The notes under the pieces were generated by a model, which was given only the letters and a program-made list of their open reading frames with translations, did not search any database and had not been told where the DNA came from. Shown here piece after piece: positions 18,933 to 26,942 of a stretch of 64,000 bases of DNA (positions are counted from its first letter, which is position 1; the number at the start of each line of letters is the position of its first letter). The position numbers were made by a program, and so were the translations under genes. This DNA is from Erysipelotrichaceae bacterium (GTDB lineage Bacteria; Bacillota_I; Bacilli_A; Erysipelotrichales; Erysipelotrichaceae): the NCBI GenBank assembly GCA_015058955.1, contig SVBJ01000004.1, positions 29,382 to 93,381 on the forward strand, given 5' to 3'.

Positions 18933-20045
18933 ATGAGTGTATTTACAGGAAAAGAAAAACTGAAACTCGGTTTTGGCTTAATGCGTCTGCCGAAGAATGA
19001 AGACGGCTCAATTGATGTACCACAGACCAGTCAGATGGTTGACCGGTTCATTGAAGCCGGCGGTACTTATTTTGATACAGCTTTTGCCTATCCTGGTTCT
19101 GAAGAAGCAATCAGACAGGCTCTGGTTGTCAGATATCCTCGTGAGTGCTACACATTGGCTACGAAGCTGATGGTCCCACCAGAAGGCGTAAATGAAGAAG
19201 ATGCCAAAAGAGAGATTTATACTTCACTGGAAAGAAGTGGAGCCGGGTATTTTGATTACTATCTGGTACATGCCATCCAGAGAAGCAACTATAAGAAGTA
19301 TGAAGAATACGGTATCTGGGATTATGTAAAGCAGTTAAAGGATCTGGGACTGATCAAGCATTATGGCTTCTCATTCCATGCTGACCCTGAGTTACTGGAA
19401 GAACTGCTGCAGAAGCATCCTGATGCTGAATTTGTTCAGCTGCAGATAAACTATGCCGACTGGGAAAACCCGGGCGTTAATTCACGTATCAATTATGAGA
19501 TCTGCAAGAAGTATGGCAAGCCTGTTGTTGTAATGGAACCGGTTAAAGGCGGCATTCTGGCTGATCCTATTGATACTGCCAAAGCCATATTCGACAGGGA
19601 AAACAACGGCATGTCATATTCTTCCTGGGCCTTAAGGTTTGTTGCCAGCAAGGACAACTTATTAGCTGTCTTATCTGGCATGAGTTCAATTGAACAGATG
19701 CAGGATAACCTCAGTTTCATGAAGGATTTCAGACCTCTTGATGAGCATGAGGAAGAAGTCATCAGAGAAGTACAGGAAGCCTACAACGCAGATAAGTCAA
19801 TTCCTTGTACAGCCTGCCGCTACTGCACCAAGGGCTGTCCGATGGGAATTCCTATTCCTGACATCTTCACGGTTCAGAACCGCAAAAAGGGAAGCCCTGA
19901 ATTCCGTACCAAGAGAGAATATGCCATAGTTACCCAGAATAAGGGTAAGGCCAGTGACTGCATTCAGTGCGGTCAGTGTGAAGGTGTATGTCCTCAGCAT
20001 CTGCCAATCATTGATCTGCTGGTTGAATGCCAGGGACTGGAATAA
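18933..20045 (+). CDS. Aldo/keto reductase with C-terminal 4Fe-4S ferredoxin-type domain
   Basis: GFGLMRLP AKR N-terminus. C-terminal CTACRYCTKGCP and CIQCGQCEGVCP cysteine clusters. Confidence 0.85.
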   Translation: MSVFTGKEKLKLGFGLMRLPKNEDGSIDVPQTSQMVDRFIEAGGTYFDTAFAYPGSEEAIRQALVVRYPRECYTLATKLMVPPEGVNEEDAKREIYTSLERSGAGYFDYYLVHAIQRSNYKKYEEYGIWDYVKQLKDLGLIKHYGFSFHADPELLEELLQKHPDAEFVQLQINYADWENPGVNSRINYEICKKYGKPVVVMEPVKGGILADPIDTAKAIFDRENNGMSYSSWALRFVASKDNLLAVLSGMSSIEQMQDNLSFMKDFRPLDEHEEEVIREVQEAYNADKSIPCTACRYCTKGCPMGIPIPDIFTVQNRKKGSPEFRTKREYAIVTQNKGKASDCIQCGQCEGVCPQHLPIIDLLVECQGLE

Positions 20046-20086
20046 TGAGACAGTAAACTCCGGTTTTGGGACCGGGACTGGGTTTG

Positions 20087-20115
20087 TTGACAAATATAAT
20101 CTCACAGTTTAAAGT
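20087..20115 (+). promoter_or_regulatory. Candidate promoter of the antiterminator gene
   Basis: TTGACA (20087-20092), 17-nt spacer, TAAAGT (20110-20115). Confidence 0.3.
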
Positions 20116-20143
20116 TAAGTTAAGAAGTAAAGGTTTATAAAAT

Positions 20144-20202
20144 AAAGACTCTTTATTGGAGCTTGTCCTTGGTTTCATGGGAGCCGGTAAAGAGTCTTTT
20201 TT
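20144..20202 (+). terminator. Terminator-like hairpin in the leader of the BglG-family gene
   Basis: aaagactcttta (20144-20155) pairs perfectly with taaagagtcttt (20188-20199). The loop is 32 nt and the stem is followed by a T-run. Confidence 0.5.
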
Positions 20203-20219
20203 ACAGAGGAAGCAGCCAG

Positions 20220-21038
20220 ATGAAAGTCATCAAGAGCATCAATAACAACATCTCACACTGCGTCGATTCCAATGGCCGTGAAGTAGTGGCTTTCGGTAAG
20301 GGAATTGGTTTTTTCAGACCGGATGAAGACATTCCTCTGGACAGGATCAATCGAACCTTTTATAACGTCAAGGATACTGATTACGGTGTTCTGCGCAACA
20401 TTCCGACCATACTGATCAATACAGCCATTTACATTACCGACTATGTGGCAGAAGAACTCAATGTCAACTATCCGTCATCAATGGCTCTGATACTGGCTGA
20501 CCATCTGGACTTTGCGATAACCAGAAAGGATAAGAACATTTATCTGGAACAGCCTATCCTGATGGACATTTCTCAGCTTTATCCTGAGGAAATGAGGGTT
20601 GCCCTGGAATCACTCAGGATCATTCAGAAGATGACAGGGGAAACTCTGCCAAGACGGGAAGCCGGAACACTGGCTCTGCATTTCGTTTCTGACAGGATCG
20701 AAACCAGACAGAAACCGCGCATCGACATTACGGCAATCACTGAGGACTGTACCAGGATAATTGAAAGGGAACTCAACACGACAATTGACAGAACGAGCTT
20801 TAACTATAACCGTTTTGTGACCCATCTGGATTATCTGATCCGCCGACTGGAGACAAAGGAACAGATTGAAAGTCAGAATAGGGAATTATATGATCAGATA
20901 AGAAAAATGTATCCTGAATCCTTCAGCTGTGCCACCAGACTCAAGGAGTTTATCCACCGGAAAACGGAATATGAAGTCAACGATGAAGAGGTTCTGTATC
21001 TGGCAGTGCACATTAACCGCATGATTTCCCGTATTTAG
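20220..21038 (+). CDS. BglG/LicT/SacY family PRD-domain transcription antiterminator
   Basis: CAT RNA-binding domain MKVIKSINNNISHCVDSNGREVVAFGKGIGF. Two PRDs with conserved His (ADHLDF, LALHF, VTHLDY, AVHINR). Confidence 0.88.
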   Translation: MKVIKSINNNISHCVDSNGREVVAFGKGIGFFRPDEDIPLDRINRTFYNVKDTDYGVLRNIPTILINTAIYITDYVAEELNVNYPSSMALILADHLDFAITRKDKNIYLEQPILMDISQLYPEEMRVALESLRIIQKMTGETLPRREAGTLALHFVSDRIETRQKPRIDITAITEDCTRIIERELNTTIDRTSFNYNRFVTHLDYLIRRLETKEQIESQNRELYDQIRKMYPESFSCATRLKEFIHRKTEYEVNDEEVLYLAVHINRMISRI

Positions 21039-21057
21039 TCAAAACAGAAGCAAAAGA

Positions 21058-21134
21058 AAGTCACCTGCAGTGAAGTGAACCCCGAAATTAGGACAAAACC
21101 TAATGGAGGGGTTCACTTCACAGAGGTGACTTTT
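21058..21134. terminator. Long composite hairpin between convergent genes (bidirectional terminator or structured RNA)
   Basis: 10-bp outer stem (21058-21067/21125-21134), 14-bp middle stem (21071-21084/21109-21122) and 6-bp apical stem (21088-21093/21100-21105). A-run on the left, T-run on the right. Confidence 0.55.
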
Positions 21135-21157
21135 ACTGTGTTATGGAAGTGTATAGG

Positions 21158-22006
21158 TTATTGCCTTACAAATACCTGTGAGGTAAAGACATTCAGCTGC
21201 AGGTATGTACCCTGCTGGGTAAAGAACAGAACTCCTTCCAGAATGTCGTTGTATTCAAAGTTAATGGTCTTTTCCGGAGTGACAATGCTGTAGGTAAGCG
21301 ATTGCGGATAGGAGAAGTTCAGCACACAGTCGCGGATGCTGTAATAGAGAACATATCTCTGACTGCCATTGCCATATGTGTCAGATGCCGTAAGCCAGGC
21401 TGCCGTACCCTGGAAAGTCAGATCAGCTGGATAGGCGGTCGGATAGGAATAGCCCGGTGTGATCAGGCCTTTCCAGCTGCCATCCAGTGAGATGCCGTTG
21501 GCATTATATGAATCAACGGCAGAGGAGTTTACCTCCTGTTTTGATTCCGTATAGAACAGTTTTTCCTGGGAGAATGGATCAAGCAGGACGATGCCGTCCT
21601 TTCTGACCTCAATGTCGCCGCCGGCTTTTACATAATAACAGTCCATCTCGTGAGCGGTGGCATCACTGGTTTCCGGATATGCTCCGGCTGCCTGGTAAGT
21701 CAGCTGTTCCTGATTCCAGGTAAGCGGGATGAAATATGATCCGTTGAAAAACCATCCGGTATCATCATCAAAATGTACCAGAGAGGTTCCGCACTGGTAA
21801 GTTCCCGGCCCGAACTTAAAGGAATGAATGTCCCATAAACCGATATTGATAGTCAAAGGCATAATCAATAAGGTGGATGTCAGTAATATTTTCAGCTTAC
21901 GGGCAAGCATCCATCTTCTTTCTTTTTTCTCTTCTTTTTTCCGGCGGCTGGCCTGGTAACCCAGGTTAAACTCCGCAGGATGCGGGCGGAACTCAGAATT
22001 GTTCAT
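21158..22006 (-). CDS. Hypothetical membrane-anchored protein
   Basis: 282 aa with a basic N-terminus, one TM (LKILLTSTLLIMPLTINIGLW) and an extracytoplasmic Tyr/Thr-rich domain. Its start lies 1 nt after the MscS stop. Confidence 0.55.
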   Translation of the reverse strand: MNNSEFRPHPAEFNLGYQASRRKKEEKKERRWMLARKLKILLTSTLLIMPLTINIGLWDIHSFKFGPGTYQCGTSLVHFDDDTGWFFNGSYFIPLTWNQEQLTYQAAGAYPETSDATAHEMDCYYVKAGGDIEVRKDGIVLLDPFSQEKLFYTESKQEVNSSAVDSYNANGISLDGSWKGLITPGYSYPTAYPADLTFQGTAAWLTASDTYGNGSQRYVLYYSIRDCVLNFSYPQSLTYSIVTPEKTINFEYNDILEGVLFFTQQGTYLQLNVFTSQVFVRQ

Positions 22007-22007
22007 C

Positions 22008-22796
22008 TTACTTCAGGCCTAACTCCTTTAAGACTTTTAAGATCACAACGTTCATTTCACGCTGGACATCATAAAGCTTGGCCTCAGGGGTTTCCTTAAT
22101 GTAGCGGATGGTGATGCTGTCGGAACCGATTTCCTGTAAGCCCAGACATCTGATGTCGCCGTAGTCAGCGTTTTTCAGCCGTTCAATGTCGGTGTCAGTC
22201 GGCAGTTCAATGTCAACGACAGCTACGGATGCATGGGAAGATCTGTTGAGAATGTCCTTCATGGAACTGTTGTTAAAGATCTTTTCGTTGCCGGCACCGT
22301 CCAGTAAAGTCGTGGTTCTGATGCCGATCTCGGTGATCTTTCCTAAGAAGCCGTCAACTTCCACGATGTCGCCAACCTTGCATTCACCTTCAAACAGCAT
22401 GAAGATTCCCGTCAGCATGTCTTCGATGATCCCTTCAGCTGATGTGCCGATGATTAAGGCCAATATTCCCAACCCGGCAATGATGCCGTTGATGTCAGCA
22501 CCCAGCAGTCTTAAGGACCAGACAACCATCAGGATCAGAGTGATGTAGTCAATGGCACTCTGGGTGATCGTGACAAAGGTTGCGGCCTTTTCAAACCTGA
22601 TCAGGCTGACCAGCAGCTTAAGCAGATACTTGACTGTCAGCAGGAAGGCAATTATCAGGGCTACCCTGATGATGGTTTCCACGTTGATGTGGACATTGTC
22701 GATCAGCTCTTCCAGTCCAAAGCCGGTAGCTTTGGCCCCGAAGAAGCAGATTGCCAGAAAGATCAGTGACAGTATTACTCTCTTGATTTCCTTCAT
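22008..22796 (-). CDS. Small-conductance mechanosensitive channel (MscS family)
   Basis: 3 TM followed by GDIVEVDGFLGKITEIGIRTTTLLDGAGNEKIFNNSSM (MscS beta-domain signature). Confidence 0.85.
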   Translation of the reverse strand: MKEIKRVILSLIFLAICFFGAKATGFGLEELIDNVHINVETIIRVALIIAFLLTVKYLLKLLVSLIRFEKAATFVTITQSAIDYITLILMVVWSLRLLGADINGIIAGLGILALIIGTSAEGIIEDMLTGIFMLFEGECKVGDIVEVDGFLGKITEIGIRTTTLLDGAGNEKIFNNSSMKDILNRSSHASVAVVDIELPTDTDIERLKNADYGDIRCLGLQEIGSDSITIRYIKETPEAKLYDVQREMNVVILKVLKELGLK

Positions 22797-22799
22797 ATT

Positions 22800-23510
22800 C
22801 TATTCCTCCACCTTAACATATTCTGTTGTGTTTTTTCTCACCATGGCCTCAAAGTGTCCTTCACCCTGAGTTGGCGGTATTTCCCTGTTATTGACATAAT
22901 ATCCTATTTCACCGACAATGATGGTCTCGTAGTGACCGATCTCTTCCAGCTGAGGCTGATCAATTACCTTGACCTGCTCTGACCAGGCAGCCTGATCAGT
23001 GACGGTTCTGTACCCTGATATGTACTGTTCCTGTTCACTGCTCATGCCTGTTGTATCGCAGTCTCTTTCGGCATAATACTGCAGTATCTGATCTTCGGTC
23101 ATGTCGTAATGCACACCTATCAGCTGTTCGGTATAGTCATTTTCCGGTCCGTAATAGGAAACAGTCCATTTTGTTCTGGTGCTGTAAATGGCTTCCTGAT
23201 GGGTAATGGCCGGATGATTCACGGTTTCCATGTGGCTGATCTCTTCCTGCGCTTGTTGATCAATGACATATATGTCTGTCGGTACACCCGGGATTTCCAC
23301 GATCCAGGTCAGATCTTCCGGATCATCGCTCAGCCAGCGGTTCTTAGTGGAAACCGTGGTTTTTTCACCATATACCTGATATTCCTTTATTTCAGTTTCT
23401 TCGGTTTTCTTTTTTACACTGTCAGACACGCTGAAAGCCTGTGTCGTACTGACGCCACAGGTAATGAAAATCGAAATTATCAGAAAGATAATCATGGTTC
23501 TGTTTTTCAT
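22800..23510 (-). CDS. Hypothetical secreted protein with an internal repeat
   Basis: Start set at MKNRTMIIFLIISIFITCGVSTTQAFS (signal peptide; AGGAGA lies 10 nt upstream). Repeat VIDQQAQEEISHMETV / VIDQPQLEEIGHYETI. Confidence 0.55.
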   Translation of the reverse strand: MKNRTMIIFLIISIFITCGVSTTQAFSVSDSVKKKTEETEIKEYQVYGEKTTVSTKNRWLSDDPEDLTWIVEIPGVPTDIYVIDQQAQEEISHMETVNHPAITHQEAIYSTRTKWTVSYYGPENDYTEQLIGVHYDMTEDQILQYYAERDCDTTGMSSEQEQYISGYRTVTDQAAWSEQVKVIDQPQLEEIGHYETIIVGEIGYYVNNREIPPTQGEGHFEAMVRKNTTEYVKVEE

Positions 23511-23566
23511 TGTATGCATGTCTCCTGTCTTAATTATATTATATATGATATTTAAGCAAACAATAA

Positions 23567-23584
23567 AAGCGGTTTGCACCGCTT
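23567..23584 (-). terminator. Intrinsic terminator after the Fic-like gene
   Basis: The minus strand reads aagcggt-GCAA-accgctt followed by ttttattg. It overlaps the stop codon. Confidence 0.55.
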
Positions 23585-24155
23585 ACTGATATTCAACCTT
23601 TGGTCCTCTGACGCAGTACTTGTAGATCCAGTTCTTGAACTCGTCAGTCTTTTCTTCCTGGCTACGGTAGGCCTTGTACAATGTACGGAAGGTATCGGAC
23701 TTGCTCTTGAAGACCGTTATGATGCCGCAGCCATGGTCGATCATGAACTTGTTGGCGAACATGATGGCCACACGGACGTCACCGTCCTTGAACAGTCTTT
23801 TATCCAGGATGTACAGCATGACATCGATCGCAATTTCCACGTTAGCCTTGGCCGGCTGATTGAGCATGGCATCCAGCTCTTCGATCTGTTCCGGGGTCAG
23901 AGAACCGACAATTTCTTCATTAAGACCGTCCATTAAGATGGTGTGGATCTCCAACAGACAGTGGTTGTCGTTTTCCACATCAGGGTTGTTCATGATGTAA
24001 TCAAAGGCAGTATAAAAGTTATTCTGGGCGATGCTTCTTAAAGGGTCGTCCTCACTGTAGCGGGAAAGATGCAAAGCATTGGAAACAAAATTGTCGAGAT
24101 GATCCTGCACATAACGGATGTTATCTCTCCTGGTCATGACATACTTGTTTTTCAT
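23583..24155 (-). CDS. Fic/DOC-fold-like protein with a degenerate active-site motif
   Basis: RLFKDGDVRVAI (nt 23760-23798) aligns with the Fic motif HxFx(D/E)GNGRxxR but lacks His, Asn-Gly and the last Arg. Upstream EIHTILMDGL resembles the Fic core helix. Confidence 0.45.
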   Translation of the reverse strand: MKNKYVMTRRDNIRYVQDHLDNFVSNALHLSRYSEDDPLRSIAQNNFYTAFDYIMNNPDVENDNHCLLEIHTILMDGLNEEIVGSLTPEQIEELDAMLNQPAKANVEIAIDVMLYILDKRLFKDGDVRVAIMFANKFMIDHGCGIITVFKSKSDTFRTLYKAYRSQEEKTDEFKNWIYKYCVRGPKVEYQ

Positions 24156-24307
24156 TATGATACCTCGCCACCCTGACCGGGCTTATTGTGTATATATATT
24201 CTAGCAAAAAAACTCTGTCAGTGGAACAAATTGGAACCATTAAATTATAATGAAATAAAATGAACCAAAATGAGTATTGAAGCGACTATATAGGTGAAAG
24301 GATACTT

Positions 24308-25549
24308 ATGAAGGATTTTGAAGAACTGTTAAGAGAATACGGAAAGTCAGCCGAAGCATATGTCAGGTATAAGGTCTCATCAAGAGAAGATGCCGAAGAT
24401 ATCCTGCAGGAGACATATGTTCGGGCTTTCAGCAGCCTTGATTCCCTTAACAGCGAAGAATCATTCAGGCCATGGCTCATCAGCATTGCCCGCAATAAGG
24501 TAAATGACTATTACCGCAAGAAGGCGGAAACGGAAGAAGTTCCCTATGATGACGGCATCATTCAGTATGTTGACGTAAACAGACCCATTGACAGCAGCGT
24601 CAGTGAAACAATGAAGAAACTGAGTGATCAGGAAAGGGAACTGCTGCATCTGTACTACTGGGAAGAAATGACAGTAGGGGAAATTGCCAGGGAGCTGAAA
24701 ATACCGGAAGGAACAGTAAAGAGCCGCCTGTACAAGGCCAGAAAGAGTTTTGAAAAGAAGTATCCTCAGGAGGAACTGAAGATGAAAAGATTACCTGAAA
24801 GAATATTTGATTATCAGATCAAAAAACTGAATGAAAAGCCTTTTGAGACCAAATGGAATGAATTGATGGGCTGGTTTCTGATCCCTGAGGAAGGCAACAG
24901 CATCAGATGGGGCATATATGACTATCCGGAAAGAACCCTGACGGAACAGTTTGACATGAAATGTTCGGGAAAGATGCAGATCCACGGCTTAAATGGAGTA
25001 AAGGTTACAGCCATTGAAAAACAGGGCAGGGAAAAGACGGAAAGACATTTTGTGGCTCAGCTGACCGATACCCACTGCCGTTATCTGGCAGAATCACACA
25101 TGGAGGATGGGATTGAAAAGATGTTTACTTTCCTGGATGGTGAAGCTTTCCTGAATAACTGGGGCTTTGGTCCGGATAACATCGGCAATGAAACCAATAT
25201 GAAGATGAAGGGACTGATCCAAAGGGAAGGAAGCGTGATCACTGCTCCTGCTGACAGGGAAACCATGGATGTAGTGGGCAGATATGAAGTAGTCATTAAC
25301 GGAAAGAGTTATGATACTGTCTGTCTGATGGATATTGGTACCTATGATGAGAATACCGTCACGGAACAGTACATTGACCAAAATGGCAGAACGGTTCTGT
25401 GGAGGAGATTCAATAAGAACAACACAAGATGGAACTATGACCATTTTGAGGAAGTAGACGAGGAAGAACTGAAGGATAATGAAATCATTACCGTAAACGG
25501 GAAGACCTGTTATCACTGGTATGACTGCATTACGGACTACATTCTTTAG
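24308..25549 (+). CDS. ECF-type sigma-70 factor fused to a ~250-aa C-terminal domain of unknown function
   Basis: Region 2 (EDILQETYVRAF…FRPWLISIARNKVNDYYRK) and region 4 (LSDQERELLHLYYWEEMTVGEIARELKIPEGTVKSRLYKARK) occupy about aa 1-165. The remaining ~250 aa are soluble, with no TM. Confidence 0.8.
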   Translation: MKDFEELLREYGKSAEAYVRYKVSSREDAEDILQETYVRAFSSLDSLNSEESFRPWLISIARNKVNDYYRKKAETEEVPYDDGIIQYVDVNRPIDSSVSETMKKLSDQERELLHLYYWEEMTVGEIARELKIPEGTVKSRLYKARKSFEKKYPQEELKMKRLPERIFDYQIKKLNEKPFETKWNELMGWFLIPEEGNSIRWGIYDYPERTLTEQFDMKCSGKMQIHGLNGVKVTAIEKQGREKTERHFVAQLTDTHCRYLAESHMEDGIEKMFTFLDGEAFLNNWGFGPDNIGNETNMKMKGLIQREGSVITAPADRETMDVVGRYEVVINGKSYDTVCLMDIGTYDENTVTEQYIDQNGRTVLWRRFNKNNTRWNYDHFEEVDEEELKDNEIITVNGKTCYHWYDCITDYIL

Positions 25550-25590
25550 GTCAATATAAGACAAACTGATAAATCAGATGATAAAATATT

Positions 25591-25614
25591 AGAGGAAACA
25601 GGAATGTTTCCTCT
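25591..25614 (+). terminator. Intrinsic terminator
   Basis: agaggaaaca-GGAA-tgtttcctct (10-bp perfect stem), then tagctttt. Confidence 0.65.
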
Positions 25615-25646
25615 TAGCTTTTCATGTAAGCGGAAAGGAATTAACC

Positions 25647-26195
25647 ATGAAGAAAGAAGTAAAGGGACCAATGAAATTTGCACCGCTGCCTGTTCTGATG
25701 ATAGGCACGTATGATGAAAACGGAAAACCTAACCTGATGAATGCTGCCTGGGGCGGTCAGTGTGACACCAATGAGATCTTCATTTCACTGTCATCACATA
25801 AGACAACTGACAATTTTGCCAAGACCGGTGAATTCACCGTAGCCTTTGCGACCAGGGACACGGTTGTGGAGTCTGACTATTTCGGCATTGAATCAGGCAG
25901 AAAAGTCGATAAGATCGCCAGGGCTGGTTTCCATGCCGTAAAGAGTGAGAAGGTCAATGCTCCGGTATTTGAAGAATATCCGATCACCATGGAATGCCAG
26001 GTCGTCAGCTTTGATGACGGTATCCTGTTAGGAAAGATCGTCGGTACCGTTGTTGATGAAGAAGTACTGACAGAAGACGGAAAAATCGACTTTGCCAAAG
26101 CCGGCATTATTTCCTTTGACCCGAGCTTCAATGCTTACAGAGTAATCGGTGAATGCGTCGGACAGGCCTTCAAGGATGGCTTCAAACTGAAGTAA
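25647..26195 (+). CDS. Flavin reductase-like (FMN-binding split-barrel) protein
   Basis: LPVLMIGTYDENGKPNLMNAAWGG is a typical flavin_reduct family N-terminus. Confidence 0.78.
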   Translation: MKKEVKGPMKFAPLPVLMIGTYDENGKPNLMNAAWGGQCDTNEIFISLSSHKTTDNFAKTGEFTVAFATRDTVVESDYFGIESGRKVDKIARAGFHAVKSEKVNAPVFEEYPITMECQVVSFDDGILLGKIVGTVVDEEVLTEDGKIDFAKAGIISFDPSFNAYRVIGECVGQAFKDGFKLK

Positions 26196-26196
26196 C

Positions 26197-26616
26197 ATGA
26201 AGAAGAAAGTATACTTTGCCGGCAGCATCAGAGGTGGCAGACAGGATGAGACCCTGTACAGAGAGGCCATTGAGTACATCAAGTTGACGGATATCGTCCT
26301 GACTGAACATGTCGGGGATCTTTCTCTTAATGCTCTGGAAGGGACTAAGGACAGAGATACCCGGATCTATCTGCAGGATACCAACTGGCTCAGGGAGTGT
26401 GATCTGGTCATTGCGGAATGCACGCATCCTTCCTTAGGTGTCGGTTACGAACTGGCCTATGCCGAGAAACTGGGCAAGCCATGTTATGTTCTTTACAGAC
26501 CGGCTGAAGCCCAGCTGTCAGCCATGATCAAGGGCAATTCTTATTTCCAGGTATTTGACTATGATAGTCTGAAAGACCTGGCTGGCATATTGGATGATAT
26601 TCTGGAAGAGGTATAA
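26197..26616 (+). CDS. 2'-deoxynucleoside 5'-phosphate N-hydrolase (DNPH1/Rcl-like; nucleoside 2-deoxyribosyltransferase superfamily)
   Basis: YFAGSIRGGRQDETLY, VLTEHV, AECTHPSLGVGYELAYA, LSAMIKG and FQVFDY line up block-for-block with DNPH1 as I recall it. Confidence 0.82.
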   Translation: MKKKVYFAGSIRGGRQDETLYREAIEYIKLTDIVLTEHVGDLSLNALEGTKDRDTRIYLQDTNWLRECDLVIAECTHPSLGVGYELAYAEKLGKPCYVLYRPAEAQLSAMIKGNSYFQVFDYDSLKDLAGILDDILEEV

Positions 26617-26928
26617 ATGAATAAAGTCAGAATAACTGTTTTAAAGAGAACCTTTAATGAAGACATCAGCAAACAGTACCGGGTAGCAGATCTGGGCTTG
26701 TGTGAACTGCATCAGGAAGGTCAGATCTTCATTTCCAACGGCTGGGAAAAGCCGGAGGGACTGTGCGAAAGTGCCTGGCAGTCCATGCACAGTTTTGTCT
26801 TTGCCTTGTCTCATGGGGGCAGGGACTTCCTGAAGGACTGGATGAAAGATGAAAACTCTGCCGTGATCAGCTGTAATGACGGCTGCCGTCCAGTGGTCTT
26901 TCTGCTGGAAGCACTGGATGAAAAGTAG
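26617..26928 (+). CDS. TIGR04076-like small Cys-rich protein
   Basis: 103 aa with CELHQEGQIF…PEGLCESAWQSM. Assigned from memory. Confidence 0.55.
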   Translation: MNKVRITVLKRTFNEDISKQYRVADLGLCELHQEGQIFISNGWEKPEGLCESAWQSMHSFVFALSHGGRDFLKDWMKDENSAVISCNDGCRPVVFLLEALDEK

Positions 26929-26942
26929 TAAGGGAGCAGCAT

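Noticed and set aside
20116-20219. Search for a RAT antiterminator RNA target overlapping the leader terminator of the BglG-family gene.
   Set aside because: Nothing resembling GGATTGTTACTG…CAGGCAAAACC was found. The 32-nt loop (ttggagcttgtccttggtttcatgggagccgg) shows only vague similarity and no convincing pairing.
20163-20219. N-terminal extensions offered by the ORF track (TTG/GTG or upstream ATG starts at 3637, 15840, 18598, 20163, 23579, 35629, 59790, 62900).
   Set aside because: Family-typical N-termini plus properly spaced Shine-Dalgarno sequences support the downstream starts (3673, 15846, 18574, 20220, 23510, 35641, 59814, 62867). The 20163 extension also runs through the leader hairpin.
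24222-24237. Possible ECF-type promoters. Tandem TGGAAC-aaat-TGGAAC lies upstream of the sigma-fusion gene. GGGGAAT…CGTAT (44134-44158) and GTAAAC…ACTAA (about 41878-41903) lie upstream of the giant-protein and sigma operons.
   Set aside because: The spacing between the AAC-like and CGT-like elements is about 13 nt, versus 16-17 nt in known ECF promoters. The -10 parts do not match each other. Too weak to call without transcription-start mapping.
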